This document shows positions 49,313 through 60,387 of a DNA stretch of 64,000 nucleotides, piece by piece; the first letter of the stretch is position 1; every line of letters begins with the position of its first letter. Where the stretch lies: the NCBI GenBank assembly GCA_963741075.1, contig CAVUGS010000019.1, positions 157,313-221,312 on the forward strand, written 5' to 3'. Origin of the DNA: an uncultured Thermoleophilia bacterium (GTDB taxonomy: Bacteria; Actinomycetota; Thermoleophilia; UBA2241). The notes below the pieces were generated by a model, which had not been told where the DNA came from, did no database searches, and saw only the letters and a list, made by a program, of their open reading frames with translations. Both the position numbers and the translations under genes were made by a program.

Positions 49313-50710
49313 CTAGTGAGCGACGAGCTCGCCCTGCGCGGCCAGCTTGCGCACGTCGGCGAGCGTCGCGTCCAGGCGCTCGAGCACCTGGTCCATCTGC
49401 TCGTAGGTGATGATCGCCGGCGGCTGCATGCGCAGCGTGAGCGAGTTGAACAGCGTGCCGCCGATGAGCACGCCGCGGCCGAAGAGCCCCTGGCTCACGG
49501 CGTAGCCGATGTCGGAGTTCCTGAACTGCATGCCGATGATGACGCCCACGCCGCGGACCTCCTCGAAGAGGTCGTCGTAGACGCCGGCGAGCTCCTCGAG
49601 CTTGCCCTTGAGCCAGGCGCCCTTCTCGGCCGCCTGGCCCGGGATGTCCTCCTCGAGGGTGGCGTGCAGGGCGCCGATCGCGGCGGCCGTGGCCATGGGG
49701 TTGCCGCCGAACGTCGTCGTGTGGATGTACGGGTTCTCGTACATGGCTCGAGAACACGTCCTCGGTGGCGATGAAGTTGCCGATGGGGATGACCGCGCCG
49801 CCGAGCGCCTTGCCCATGCGTCATGATGTCGGGCGCCACGCCCGAGTGCTCCATGCCCCAGAGCTTGCCGGTGCGCCCCATGCCGGTCTGCACCTCGTCG
49901 GCGATGAGCAGGATGCCCCACTTGTCGCAGATCTCGCGGACCTTGGGGAAGTAGTCGTCGGGCGGGATGATCGCGCCCGGCCTCGCCCTGCACGGGCTCG
50001 ACGATGAAGGCGGCGATGTCGAAGCCGACCGCGTCGCAGATGCCGAGCTGCTTGTCGAGCGCGTCGGCGTCGCCGTAGGGCACGAAGCGCACGCCCGGGC
50101 ATGAGCGGGTAGAAGGGCTCGCGGAACTCGGCCTTGCCGCTGACGCTCAGGCGAGCCGAACGACTTGCCGTGGAAGCCGCGCGTGGTGGTGATGATGCCG
50201 AGTGAGTGGTTCGGCTTCTTGCGCCGCGCCCAGAGCTTGGCGAGCTTCATCGCGCCCTCGTTGGCCTCCGTGCCCGAGTTGCAGAAGAAGGAGTACCGCA
50301 GGTCGCCGGGCGTGACCATGGCGAGCAGGTGGCTGAGGTAGCCGCGCATCGGGTCGAGGAGCTCCTGCGAGTGCAGCGCCTGGTGCTCGAGCTGGTCGCG
50401 GACCGCCTTGACCACCGTGGGGTGCCGGTGCCCCAGCATGTAGATGCCGAAGCCGCCGAGGCAGTCGATGTACTCCTTGCCGTGGATGTCGTAGAAGACC
50501 GCAGCCCTCGTCGCGCCACTCGACCGACGTGTAGTCGGTCGAGACGGACTTGCGGTACTCGAGGATGCCGGGGTTGACGTAGCGGTCGAAGTTCGTGACG
50601 CAGTCGGTCACGACCTCCTGCTGCTGCTCCGCCGTGAGCTCGGATTTCGCCATCAGGTCGAGCGCCTTGCGCGATTCTCGCAACGCGTCTTGCCTAACTG
50701 CGTCCTGCAT
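49313..50710 (-). CDS. Class-III pyridoxal-phosphate aminotransferase, putrescine aminotransferase (PatA/YgjG)-like; about 5 frame shifts
   Basis: The protein is colinear with E. coli YgjG as I recall it. Matching segments include VNPGILEYRKSV, IDCLGGFGIYMLGHRHP, ALHSQELLDP, YSFFCNSGTEANEGAMKLAK, FIVEPVQGEAG, LIADEVQTGMGRTGK and HTTTFGGNP. Confidence 0.8.
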
Positions 50711-50763
50711 TCGTGTCCCCCAGTGCGAAAGTGTTGACTGCAGAATCCCCTGATTTGCAGTAG

Positions 50764-50786
50764 AGTTCGGTCGTATCAACCGAACT
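50764..50786. promoter_or_regulatory. Inverted repeat AGTTCGGT-N7-ACCGAACT in the divergent aminotransferase/TetR intergenic region
   Basis: The arms lie at 50764-50771 and 50779-50786. A second imperfect palindrome, ctgcagaat..atttgcag, lies at 50738-50760. Confidence 0.35.
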
Positions 50787-50862
50787 ATGATCGCAATGTA
50801 CTCCCATCGCCCGGCGGGCGCAACGGGCATGGGCGGCACGGCGTCAAGAGCCACCGCGGCGG

Positions 50863-51500
50863 ATGGTAGGGTGTGCGCATGAAGCGACGACGGGCACGAG
50901 GATCGCGGAGGACCCCACGGCGCAGCTGTCGCCGACGGCGCGCAAGCTGGTGGCCGCCGCGCGGCGCCTGCTGGCTCGCGGCGGCTACGAGGCGCTCACG
51001 GTGGAGGCCGTGGCGGCCGAGGCCGGCGCCTACCGCGACTCCGTGCGCTACTACTTCGGCAGCAAGGCGGCGTTCATCGCCGCGGTCGTCGACTCGCTCG
51101 CCCACGACCAGAGCCTCGGCGCGGTCGCGGAGACCGAGGCGGCGGCAGGGCGGCGACGAGCGCGTGCACGGGCTCGTCGCCGGCGACCGCCGCCTGGTCG
51201 CGGACCGCGACGCCTTCCGCGACTTCTTCGCCATCCTCCCGCACGTGGTGCTCGACGACGAGCTGCGCGAGCGGGTCGCGGCGCTGTACGAGTGGTACCG
51301 CGACCTCTACGTGGAAGGCCTCGGCGACGCCACGACGGTCGAGGACGAGCGGCTTCGTCGCTTCGCCTCGCTCATGGTCGCCATGACCGACGGTCTCGCC
51401 GTCCAGAAGCTGCTCGACCCCGACGGCGTGCGAGCTCGAGCCGCTGTTCGAGCTCTGGGAGAGCATGTTGCGCGCGGCCCTGGTGCCGGCGGAGGGCTGA
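50863..51500 (+). CDS. TetR-family transcriptional regulator, 2 frame shifts
   Basis: The HTH is [46 protein letters not shown]. The C-terminal ligand domain lies in the 50873 frame. TGA lies at 51498-51500. Confidence 0.7.
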
Positions 51501-51702
51501 GGCCTCGGGCTCCCGTACCGGCCTGGTCGGACCGCTCGTCTCCTGCCGGTGGACGCTCGCGGTCGTCTCCCGCACGCTGCTCGCGGCTCATTTACAGCGC
51601 CCAAACCGTGTTGTAGGCTCGCGGCGTGCTCGGCGGTACCGCATGGGGGGTCCCGCCTGGCCCCACAGGCCGGCACAGGGCTGCAAGTAGGAGGCATGGG
51701 TT

Positions 51703-51906
51703 TTGGCGCAGGGGACCGTGAAGTGGTTCAGCAACGAGAAGGGGTATGGGTTCATCGAACGGGAAGACGGTGACGACCTGTTCGTGCACTACTCCGAGAT
51801 CACCATGGACGGCTACAAGACGCTGGTCCAGGGGCAGCGCGTCGAGTTCGAGATCACCGAGGGCGACAAGGGTCTGCAGGCTTCCACGGTGAAGCCGGTC
51901 GTCTAG
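51703..51906 (+). CDS. Cold-shock protein (CspA family), TTG start
   Basis: The sequence [30 protein letters not shown] carries the RNP1/RNP2 motifs. An aggagg lies 8 nt upstream of the TTG. Confidence 0.9.
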   Translation: MAQGTVKWFSNEKGYGFIEREDGDDLFVHYSEITMDGYKTLVQGQRVEFEITEGDKGLQASTVKPVV

Positions 51907-51924
51907 TCGAGACACCTGCGACAG

Positions 51925-51966
51925 GGGGGCCCGCCGGCGGTCTTGCCGGCGGGCCCCCTTTCTTGT
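51925..51966 (+). terminator. Rho-independent terminator after csp
   Basis: gggggcccgccggc (51925-51938) pairs with gccggcgggccccc (51945-51958), followed by tttcttgt. Confidence 0.7.
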
Positions 51967-52031
51967 CGGTCATCTGAGGCTGGAGTACTATAGCCGTCCC
52001 GCTTTGGCGGCCCCAGCAGGAGGAACGCGAC

Positions 52032-52314
52032 ATGATCTCCGAAGACGACGTCCGCTACGTCGCGAAACTCGCCCGTCTCCGCATAGAGCAGGACGAGGCG
52101 GCGCGCATGACCGGCGAGCTGGCCAAGATCCTCGCGCACGTCGACAAGATGAGCGAGCTGGACATGGCCGACGTGCCGCCGACGGCGCACGTCCTCGACG
52201 TCGTCAACGTCACGCGCGAGGACAAGGAGCGCCCCGAGCCTTCCGCGCGACGAGGCCCTGCGCAACGCCCCCGCCGTGAGCGACGACTGCTTCCGTGTCC
52301 CGAGGATGGGCTGA
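52032..52314 (+). CDS. gatC: Glu/Asp-tRNA amidotransferase subunit C, 1 frame shift near 52245
   Basis: The N-terminus is [22 protein letters not shown]. The C-terminal [24 protein letters not shown] lies in the shifted frame. TGA lies at 52312-52314. Confidence 0.85.
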
Positions 52315-52315
52315 G

Positions 52316-53848
52316 GTGACGACGCTCGATCCGCTGCGCCTCACCGCGCGCGAGGCCAAACGGCTGCTCGTGGACGGGGAGGTCTCCGCCGCCGAGCTGA
52401 CCAAGGTGTACCTGGACCAGATCGCCGCGGTCGAGAGCAAGGTGCGCGCCTACATCCTCCACACGCCGGACAACGCGGCCAAGTACTCGACCAAGGTCGA
52501 CCGCGAGATGCAGGCGATGCGCGGCCCGCTGGCGGGCCTGCCCATCGCCGTCAAGGACAACATGGTCACCGAGGGCGTCACCACCACGTGCGCCTCGAGG
52601 ATCCTCCACAACTACCAGCCGGTCTACACCGCCACCGCGGTCCGCCAGGTGTGGGAGGACCACGTGGTCATGCTGGGCAAGACCAACCTGGACGAGTTCG
52701 CCATGGGCTCCAGCACCGAGAACTCGGCCTACCAGGTCACGGCCAACCCGTGGGACCTCAGCACCGTGCCCGGCGGCAGCAGCGGCGGCTCCGCCGCCGC
52801 CGTGGCCGCCGGCGAGGCGCTCTGGGCGCTGGGCAGCGACACCGGCGGCTCCATCCGCCAGCCGGCGGCGCTCTGCGGCATCGTCGGCATGAAGCCCACG
52901 TACGGCGCCGTCAGCCGCTACGGGCTCATCGCCTTCGCCAGCTCGCTGGACCAGATCGGCCCGCTCACGCGCTCCGTGTACGACTGCGCGCTCCTGCTGC
53001 AGCACCTCGTCGGCCGCGACCCGCGGGACGCCACCAGCGTGGAGCTGCCCGAGCCGATCGCGCTGCCCTCCGCCGAGCGGCTCGACGGGCTGCGCATCGG
53101 CGTGCCGTCCGAGTACCTCGCCGTCGGCATCGAGCCGGGCGTGCGCGCGCGCTTCGACGAGACGCTCGCGCGCGTCGAGGAGCTCGGCGGCACCTGCGTC
53201 GAGATCAGCCTGCCGCACACCGAGTACGCGCTGCCGGCGTACTACATCATCGCGCCGGCCGAGGCCTCGGCGAACCTCGCGCGCTTCGACGGCGTGCGCT
53301 ACGGCTACCGCTGCGCCGAACCGGCCGACCTGCTCGACCTGTACGAGCGCACGCGCGGCGAGGGCTTCGGCCCGGAGGTCAAGCGCCGCATCATGATCGG
53401 CACCTACGCGCTCTCCGCCGGCTACTACGACGCCTACTACGGGCGCGCCCAGAAGGTCCGCACCCTGGTGCGCCGCGACTTCGACGCGGCGTTCGCCGAC
53501 GTCGACCTGATCGCGTCCCCGACGTCGCCCACGGTGGCCTTCAAGGCCGGCTCGCGGACCGACGACCCGCTGGCCATGTACATGAGCGACATCTGCACCA
53601 TCCCGGCCAACCTCGCCGGGCTGCCCGCCGATCAGCATCCCCTGCGGGCTCAGCGACGGCCTGCCGGTGGGCTTCCAGCTCATCGGCCCGGCGTTCAGCG
53701 AGAACCGCATGCTCGAGGCCGCGCACGCGCTCGAGGGGGCGATCGGGTTCGACACGGCGCCGGCGTTCGCCGACTCGTCTCTGCGCGGTCCGGGCTGGAA
53801 CCAGACCGGCGAGAGCCGGTCTACCACCCGGAGGACGCACAGTCATGA
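52316..53848 (+). CDS. gatA: Glu/Asp-tRNA amidotransferase subunit A, 1-2 frame shifts near 53630; 3' end ambiguous
   Basis: The amidase signature [27 protein letters not shown] is present, along with [15 protein letters not shown] stop at 53846-53848 would give an ATGA overlap with gatB if a second indel is assumed. Confidence 0.85.
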   Translation: MTTLDPLRLTAREAKRLLVDGEVSAAELTKVYLDQIAAVESKVRAYILHTPDNAAKYSTKVDREMQAMRGPLAGLPIAVKDNMVTEGVTTTCASRILHNYQPVYTATAVRQVWEDHVVMLGKTNLDEFAMGSSTENSAYQVTANPWDLSTVPGGSSGGSAAAVAAGEALWALGSDTGGSIRQPAALCGIVGMKPTYGAVSRYGLIAFASSLDQIGPLTRSVYDCALLLQHLVGRDPRDATSVELPEPIALPSAERLDGLRIGVPSEYLAVGIEPGVRARFDETLARVEELGGTCVEISLPHTEYALPAYYIIAPAEASANLARFDGVRYGYRCAEPADLLDLYERTRGEGFGPEVKRRIMIGTYALSAGYYDAYYGRAQKVRTLVRRDFDAAFADVDLIASPTSPTVAFKAGSRTDDPLAMYMSDICTIPANLAGLPADQHPLRAQRRPAGGLPAHRPGVQREPHARGRARARGGDRVRHGAGVRRLVSARSGLEPDRREPVYHPEDAQS

Positions 53849-55355
53849 ATGGCCGCCGCAGGCAAGCCATCGACGGGAGCGCCGGAGGTGCACCCGTCAG
53901 TAGCCGCTGGGAGCCGGTCATCGGCCTCGAGATGCACGTCGAGCTCGACACGCAGACCAAGATGTTCTGCGGCTGCGCCGTCACCAAGGGCGACGACCCC
54001 AACACGCACACCTGCCCGGTGTGCCTGGCGCACCCCGGCGCGCTGCCCGTGGTCAACAGGCGCGCCGTCGAGTACGCCGCGCGCATCGCCCTGGCGCTCG
54101 ACTGCACCGTGCAGCCGCGCAACATCTTCCACCGCAAGAACTACTTCTATCCGGACCTGCCCAAGGCGTACCAGATCAGCCAGTACGACGCGCCCCTGGC
54201 CACGGCCGGCCGGTTCGAGTACTGGGTGGACGGCGAGCTCCTCAGCTGCCGCATCAACCGGGTGCACATGGAGGAGGACGCCGCCAAGCTCGTCCACGCC
54301 GGCGGGGACACCGGCCGCATCGCCGGGTCCGACTACTCCATGGTCGACTTCAACCGCGGCGGCACGCCGCTCATCGAGATCGTCACCGAGCCGGACATCC
54401 CGTCGCCGGAGGCGGCGCGCGAGTTCCTTCAGCAGCTGCGCAACCTCGTCGTCGAGCTGGGCGTGAGCGAGTGCAACATGGAGGAGGGCCAGATCCGCTG
54501 GGACGCCAACATCAGCGTCCGGCCCCGGGGGAGCGAGGAGCTCGGCACGCGCACCGAGCTCAAGAACATGAACAGCTTCCGCTACCTGCAGCAGGCGCTC
54601 GACGCGGAGATCCCGCGGCAGATCGAGGTCCTCGAGGGCGGCGGCACGATCGACCTGGAGACGCTGCACTTCGACCCCGACACGGGCACGACGACGCCGC
54701 TGCGCAGCAAGGAAGAGGCGCACGACTACCGCTACTTCCCCGAGCCGGACCTCGTGCCCCTCGAGATCGACCCCGGCGTGGGTCTCGGAGCTGCGCGCGA
54801 CGCAGCCGGAGCTGCCGGCGGCGCGCGTGGAGCGTTTCATCTCCGACTACGGACTCTCGCGCGCCGACGCCGCCGTGCTCGGCTCGTCGGGCGCGCTCGC
54901 CGCGCTTCTACGAGGAGGTCGTGGCGGCCGGGGCCGGCGCCAAGCCGGCGGCCAACTGGACGATGGGCGAGTACCTCGCCCACCTCAACGCCGCCGGCCT
55001 CGAGGCCGGCCACGGCCACGTCACCGCCGAGCGCCTCGCCAAGCTCGTGCGGCTCGTCGAGGACGGCACCGTCTCGACGAGCGCCGGCAAGGACGTCTTC
55101 GCGAAGATGATCGAGGAGCGTGCGGAGCCCGAGGCGATCGTCGAGAAGCACGGCCTCGGCCAGATCAGCGACACCTCGGAGCTCGAAGCGCTCGTCGCCG
55201 AGGTCGTCGCCGCCAATCCCGCCCAGGTCGAGCAGTACCGCGGCGGCAAGCAGCAGGTCATCGGCTTCTTCGTCGGCCAGGTGATGAAGGCCAGCGGCGG
55301 GCGCGCCAACCCGCAGGTCGTGAACGACCTGCTGCGGCGCGCCCTCGACGCGTGA
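53845..55355 (+). CDS. gatB: Glu/Asp-tRNA amidotransferase subunit B, 2 frame shifts
   Basis: Matching segments include [50 protein letters not shown] and [11 protein letters not shown]. The C-terminal GatB/YqeY domain has [17 protein letters not shown]. Confidence 0.85.
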
Positions 55356-55401
55356 CCCGCGCCCACACAGTGACCTCCCCATTCCTTCGAGGCAGGTGAC
55401 C

Positions 55402-56635
55402 ATGACCAGCGATCTGTCCAGCTTCGTCATCGCTCCGCGGACCCGCCCGGCCGAGCCGGCCGTCCGCATCGACGACACCACCCTGCGCGACGGCGAGCAG
55501 ACCGCCGGCGTCGTGTTCAGCAACCACGAGAAGATCCGCATCGCCAAGCTGCTCGACGAGGTGGGCGTCCACCAGATCGAGGTCGGCATCCCGGCCATGG
55601 GCGGCGACGAGAAGAAGACCATCGCCGAGATCGTCGAGCTCGGCCTCGACACCTCCATCCTCGCCTGGAACCGGGCCGTCGTCGACGACATCCAGCACTC
55701 GATCGACTGCGGCGTCGACGCCGTGGCCATCAGCATGTCGGCGAGCGACATCCACATCGAGCACAAGCTCGCCGAAGTCGCGCCAGTGGGTGCTCGACCA
55801 GATCCGCGAGTGCGTGGCGTTCGCCAAGGACCAGAACCTGTACGTCTCGGTCAACGCCGAGGACGCCTCGCGCGCCGACCTCGAGTTCCTGCTGCGCTTC
55901 GGCCAGGCGGCCAAGGAGGAGGGCGCCGACCGCCTCCGCTTCTGCGACACGCTCGGCATCCTCGACCCGTTCGACACCTACAACGTGATCTCGTTCCTCA
56001 AGAAGGAGGGCGGGCTCGACATCGAGATGCACACGCACGACGACTTCGGCATGGCGACGGCCAACGCGCTGGCGGGCATCAAGGCCGGCGCCACCTACGT
56101 CAACACCACCGTCAACGGCCTCGGCGAGCGCGCGGGCAACGCCGCGCTCGAGGAGGTCGTGATGGCGCTCAAGTACCTCGGCAAGGTCGACGTCGGGCCT
56201 GCACACGAGCCGCTTCCGCGAGCTCAGCGAGTACGTCGCCGCCGCGTCGGCGCGCACCATCCCGGCGTGGAAGAGCATCGTGGGCACCAACGTGTTCGCC
56301 CACGAGAGCGGCATCCACGCCGACGGCGTCATCAAGAACCCGCTCAACTACGAGGCGTTCGCGCCCGAGGACGTGGGGCTGGAGCGCCAGATCGTGGTCG
56401 GCAAGCACTCCGGCTCGCGCACCATCTACCGCAAGTTCCAGGAGTTCGGGCTCGAGCTCACCCAGGAGGACTGCGACGGCGTGCTCGCGCTCGTGCGCAA
56501 GACGGCGGTGGAGCTCAAGCGGGCGCTGTTCGACAAGGAGCTCATGTACATCTACCAGGACTACCTCGGGCACCTCGGCGACGCCGTGCCGATGGGCACG
56601 CCGGGCGAGGCGTCGGCGCGCGTCCGGAGCGCTGA
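55402..56635 (+). CDS. Homocitrate synthase / Re-citrate synthase / short isopropylmalate-synthase-family enzyme (no LeuA regulatory domain), 2 frame shifts; 3' end unresolved
   Basis: Matching segments include IDDTTLRDGEQ, IEVGIPAMG, EMHTHDDFGMATANALAGIKAGATYVNTTVNGLGERAGNAALEEV and FAHESGIHADG. Confidence 0.75.
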
Positions 56636-57893
56636 GACGCCGCCACCCTCGCCGAGAAGCTCCTGGCGGCGCACGCCGGGCTCGAGTCCGTCGTTCCCGG
56701 CCAGATCGTGGTCTGCGACGTGGACGTCGCGATCGCCCAGGACGGCACCGGCCCGCTCGCCATCACAGCAGATCGAGGAGCTGGGCGCGGAGCGCGTCAA
56801 GGCGCCGGAGTGCGTGTTCTTCATCGACCACGCCGCGCCGGCGCCGCGCAGCGAGCTCGCCAACGCGCAGAAGACGATCAGGGCCTTCTGCGCGGAGTCC
56901 GGCGCGACCCTGAGCGACATCGAGATGGGCGTGTGCCACCAGCGCGTCGCCGAGAGCTACGCCAAGCCCGGCGACCTCGTCATCGGCGCCGACTCGCACA
57001 CCTGCATGGCCGGCGCCCTGGGGGCGTTCGCCACCGGCATGGGCAGCACCGACGTCGCCGTGGGCATGGCCAGCGGCAAGACCTGGCTGCGCGTGCCCGA
57101 GACGTTCCGCATCGAGGTCGAGGGCGCCTTCGCCGACGGCGTCGAGGCCAAGGACCTGATGCTCACGCTCATCGGGCAGCTGGGCGCCGACGGCGCCACG
57201 TACAAGGCGCTCGAGTTCGGCGGGCCGGGCATCGACGCGATGCCCATGCCCGGCCGCCTGACGCTGAGCAACATGGCCGTCGAGGCCGGCGCCAAGTGCG
57301 GCCTCATGCCCAGCGACGAGACGACGAAGGCGTTCCTGGCGGCGCAGGGCCGCGAGGACGGACTGGCGGCCGCTCGCGGCCGACCCCGGCGCCGCCTACG
57401 AGCGCGTCGTGCCGTTCGACCTCGCGCGCCATCGTGCCGACGGTGGCGAAGCCGCACACCGTGGACAACACCGCGGCGGCGGCGGAGCTCGGCGGGCACC
57501 AGGGTGGACCAGGTGTTCATCGGCACCTGCACCAACGGCCGCCTCGAGGACCTGCGCTCGGCGGCGCGCATCCTGCGCGGGCGCCGCCGCGCCCCGGGCA
57601 CGCGCCTCATCGTGACGCCGGCCTCGCAGGCCACGGCGCGCGCAGCCGCGGCCGAGGGCCTGTTCGAGGTGTTCTGGGACGCCGGCGCCGTCATCACCAA
57701 TCCCAGCTGCGGCGCCTGCGTCGGCATCCACGACGGCATCCTCGCCGACGGCGAGGTGTGCATCAGCACCGCCAACCGCAACTTCCACGGCCGCATGGGC
57801 AACCCTGAGGCTTCCATCTACCTGGGCTCGCCGGCCACCGCGGCCGCTTCGGCCGTGGCCGGCGAGATCACCGATCCCCGCGAGTTCCTCTAG
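56592..57893 (+). CDS. Aconitase-family large subunit (LeuC/HacA type), about 3 frame shifts; start uncertain
   Basis: Matching segments include [67 protein letters not shown] and [12 protein letters not shown] lies at 57891-57893. Confidence 0.8.
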   Translation: MGTPGEASARVRSAETPPPSPRSSWRRTPGSSPSFPARSWSATWTSRSPRTAPARSPSQQIEELGAERVKAPECVFFIDHAAPAPRSELANAQKTIRAFCAESGATLSDIEMGVCHQRVAESYAKPGDLVIGADSHTCMAGALGAFATGMGSTDVAVGMASGKTWLRVPETFRIEVEGAFADGVEAKDLMLTLIGQLGADGATYKALEFGGPGIDAMPMPGRLTLSNMAVEAGAKCGLMPSDETTKAFLAAQGREDGLAAARGRPRRRLRARRAVRPRAPSCRRWRSRTPWTTPRRRRSSAGTRVDQVFIGTCTNGRLEDLRSAARILRGRRRAPGTRLIVTPASQATARAAAAEGLFEVFWDAGAVITNPSCGACVGIHDGILADGEVCISTANRNFHGRMGNPEASIYLGSPATAAASAVAGEITDPREFL

Positions 57894-57906
57894 AAAGGAG
57901 GACGCT

Positions 57907-58428
57907 GTGGCCAAGCAGTACAGCGCTCCGCCGGAGATGGTCATCGACCCGAGCAAGCGCTACACGGCGACCATCAGCACCGACAACGGCGACATCGTCA
58001 TCGAGCTGTTCGCCGACAAGGCGCCGCGCACCGTCAACAACTTCGTCTTTCTCGCCCGTGAGGGCTACTACGACGGCGTCACGTTCCACCGCGTCATCAA
58101 GGGCTTCATGGCCCAGGGCGGCGACCCCACGGGGAGCGGCAGCGGCGGTCCGGGCTACAAGTTCGCCGACGAGTTCCACCCGGCGCTCAAGCACGACGGC
58201 GCCGGCATCCTCTCGATGGCCAATGCCGGGCCGGGCACCAACGGCTCGCAGTTCTTCATCACCTACGGCGCGACGCCCCACCTCGACGGCAGGCACACCG
58301 TGTTCGGCAGGGTGATCGAGGGCATGGACGTCGTCGAGGCGATCCCGGAGCGCGACCCCATGCGGGCGCGCGAGCCGGGCATCGCCATGAACTCGGTGGT
58401 GATCACCGAGGAGGAGTGGGTCACGTGA
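57907..58428 (+). CDS. Cyclophilin-type peptidyl-prolyl cis-trans isomerase, intact
   Basis: Matching segments are [31 protein letters not shown] and [16 protein letters not shown]. The GTG start follows aaaggagg. Confidence 0.9.
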   Translation: MAKQYSAPPEMVIDPSKRYTATISTDNGDIVIELFADKAPRTVNNFVFLAREGYYDGVTFHRVIKGFMAQGGDPTGSGSGGPGYKFADEFHPALKHDGAGILSMANAGPGTNGSQFFITYGATPHLDGRHTVFGRVIEGMDVVEAIPERDPMRAREPGIAMNSVVITEEEWVT

Positions 58429-58973
58429 ATGCGTCGAGCTGGAGCCGGAGGCACCGCTCGCGAGCTCGCGGCCGGGCCTGGCTGTTCGGCGACGACATCA
58501 GCACCGACCACATCGCGCCCGGCCGTCTGTTCCACCTGCGCACCAACATGCCCGAGCTGGCCAAGCACGTCCTCGAGGACGCGCGTCCCGAGTTCGCCGG
58601 CGAGATGCGCCCAGGCGACTTCGTCGTGGGCGGCCGCAACTTCGGCCTCGGCTCGAGCCGCGAGCACGCGCCGCGCATCATCAAGATCGCCGGGGTAGGG
58701 GCGGTGCTGGCGCAGAGCTTCGCGCGCATCTTCTTCCGCAACGCCATCAACGTCGGCCTGCCGGTGCTGCAGTGCGACACCAGCGGCATCGGCGAGCAGG
58801 ACGAGCTCGAGGTGGACCTGGAGGCCGGTGAGGTCAGGGACCTGACCACCGGCGCCGTCATCCCCTTCGTCCCGCTCCCGCCGGTGATGGTGACCATCCT
58901 GAACGACGGCGGCCTCGTCGCCCACGTCAAGAAGCACGGCGGCTTCGCGCTGCCGGGAGGACCTGAAGCATGA
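58425..58973 (+). CDS. Aconitase-family small subunit (LeuD/HacB type) with an HLRT substrate loop
   Basis: Matching segments are [40 protein letters not shown] and [15 protein letters not shown]. The GTG start overlaps the upstream stop as GTGA. Confidence 0.8.
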   Translation: MNASSWSRRHRSRARGRAWLFGDDISTDHIAPGRLFHLRTNMPELAKHVLEDARPEFAGEMRPGDFVVGGRNFGLGSSREHAPRIIKIAGVGAVLAQSFARIFFRNAINVGLPVLQCDTSGIGEQDELEVDLEAGEVRDLTTGAVIPFVPLPPVMVTILNDGGLVAHVKKHGGFALPGGPEA

Positions 58974-59975
58974 CCTACACCGTGACCCTGATCCCCGGCG
59001 ACGGCACCGGCCCCGAGCTGGCCGCCGCGCTCGAGACCGTCATCGCCGCCACCGGCGTGCCCATCCTCTGGGAGGTGCACGACGCCGGGCTCGACGTGAT
59101 GGAGGAGTACGGCACGCCGCTGCCGGAGCACGTGCTCGAGTCGATCCGCCGCACCAAGGTGGCGATCAAGGGTCCGATCACGACGCCGGTCGGCAAGGGC
59201 TTCCGCAGCGTCAACGTGGCGCTGCGCAAGGAGCTCGACCTGTACGCCTGCCTGCGCCCCTCCAAGACGATGAAGGGCGTGCGCACCCGCTTCGACGACA
59301 TCGACCTCGTCGTCGTGCGCGAGAACACCGAGGACCTCTACGCCGGCATCGAGCACATGGTCACGGACGACGCCGCCGAGAGCATCAAGATCATCACGCG
59401 CCGCGGGACCGAGCGCATCGTGCGCTTCGCCTTCGAGTACGCGCGCAAGCACGGCCGCCGCAAGGTCACCGCCGTGCACAAGGCCAACATCATGAAGTGC
59501 ACCGACGGGCTCTTCCTGCGCGTCGCCGGCGAGGTCGCCGAGCGGCTACCCCGACATCGAGTTCGAGGACCGCATCGTCGACAACATGTGCATGCAGCTG
59601 GTGCAGAAGCCGGAGCTGTACGACGTGCTCGTGCTGCCCAACCTGTACGGCGACATCGTGAGCGACCTGTGCGCCGGGCTCATCGGCGGCCTCGGCGTGG
59701 CGCCCGGCGCCAACATCGGCGACGACGCCGCCGTGTTCGAGCCCGTGCACGGCAGCGCGCCCAAGTACGCCGGCCAGGACAAGGTGAACCCCACGGCGCT
59801 GCTCCGCTCCGGCGTGCTGCTGCTCGACCACCTCGGCGAGGCCGAGGCGGCGCGGCGCATGGAAGGCGCCATCGCCGCCGTCATCGCCGAGGGCAAGGAC
59901 GTCACCTACGACCTCGGCGGCTCGGCCGGCACCTCCGGCATGGCCGCCGCCATCGCCCGCCGCATCGCCGGCTGA
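58970..59975 (+). CDS. Isocitrate/homoisocitrate/isopropylmalate dehydrogenase-family enzyme (copy 1), 1 frame shift near 59545
   Basis: Matching segments are [63 protein letters not shown] and FEPVHGSAP. The ATG overlaps the upstream stop as ATGA. Confidence 0.85.
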
Positions 59976-59991
59976 GGCAAGGAGGCTCGTC

Positions 59992-60387
59992 ATGGAAGAG
60001 GAGGAACGCCACATCAACCTGCACGCCACGCCGGAGATGATGGCGGGCGTGTACGCCAACTTCGCCAACGTGAGCCACTCCGACTACGAGTTCTCGATCA
60101 CCTTCGTGCGCCTCGACCACGAGAGCGAGGAGGGCGGCGAGCTGAACGGCGTCGTCGTGAGCCGCGTGAACCTCTCGGCGCGGTTCATGAAGGAGCTCGT
60201 CGACGCCATGAACGACAACTACGGCAAGTGGCTGCAGGCGGAGAACATCAAGAACCTGCCCGTGCGGCCGACGGATGCGGAGTACGAGCGCGTGGTGCGC
60301 GTTCGACTAGGTAAAAGTCGTGCAGATGGTGGCGAAACCGCACACGGTGGACAACAAGGCGACGGCGGCGGAGCTCAACGGCACTAA
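59992..60387 (+). CDS. DUF3467-family protein (copy 1) whose 3' end is replaced at the duplication junction by out-of-frame leuC-derived sequence
   Basis: Residues up to ..QAENIKNLP match copy 2 (62883-63191). From about 60259 the ORF reads into leuC-like DNA ([11 protein letters not shown]...). Confidence 0.6.
   Translation: MEEEERHINLHATPEMMAGVYANFANVSHSDYEFSITFVRLDHESEEGGELNGVVVSRVNLSARFMKELVDAMNDNYGKWLQAENIKNLPVRPTDAEYERVVRVRLGKSRADGGETAHGGQQGDGGGAQRH

Larger units (their letters stand above)
57376..60258 (+). repeat. Tandem segmental duplication, unit 1 (3' part of leuC-like, cyclophilin, leuD-like, dehydrogenase, most of DUF3467)
   Basis: It is colinear with 60263-63149 at an offset of about 2885-2892 nt. 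The encoded proteins are near-identical; identity was judged by eye only. Confidence 0.85.

Noticed and set aside
51696-51698. An ATG seven nucleotides upstream of the annotated csp start as the real initiation codon.
   Set aside because: It is out of frame with the cold-shock domain and too close to the aggagg site. The in-frame TTG at 51703 has ideal 8-nt spacing. A single-base error cannot be excluded but is not needed.
56592-56640. A precise boundary between the synthase gene and the large dehydratase subunit gene.
   Set aside because: The TLAEKLL frame has a stop at 56633-56635 and no start codon after it. The synthase frame has no stop before it merges with later leuC-frame sequence. 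At least one indel hides the true stop/start, so I report overlapping envelopes instead of a boundary.
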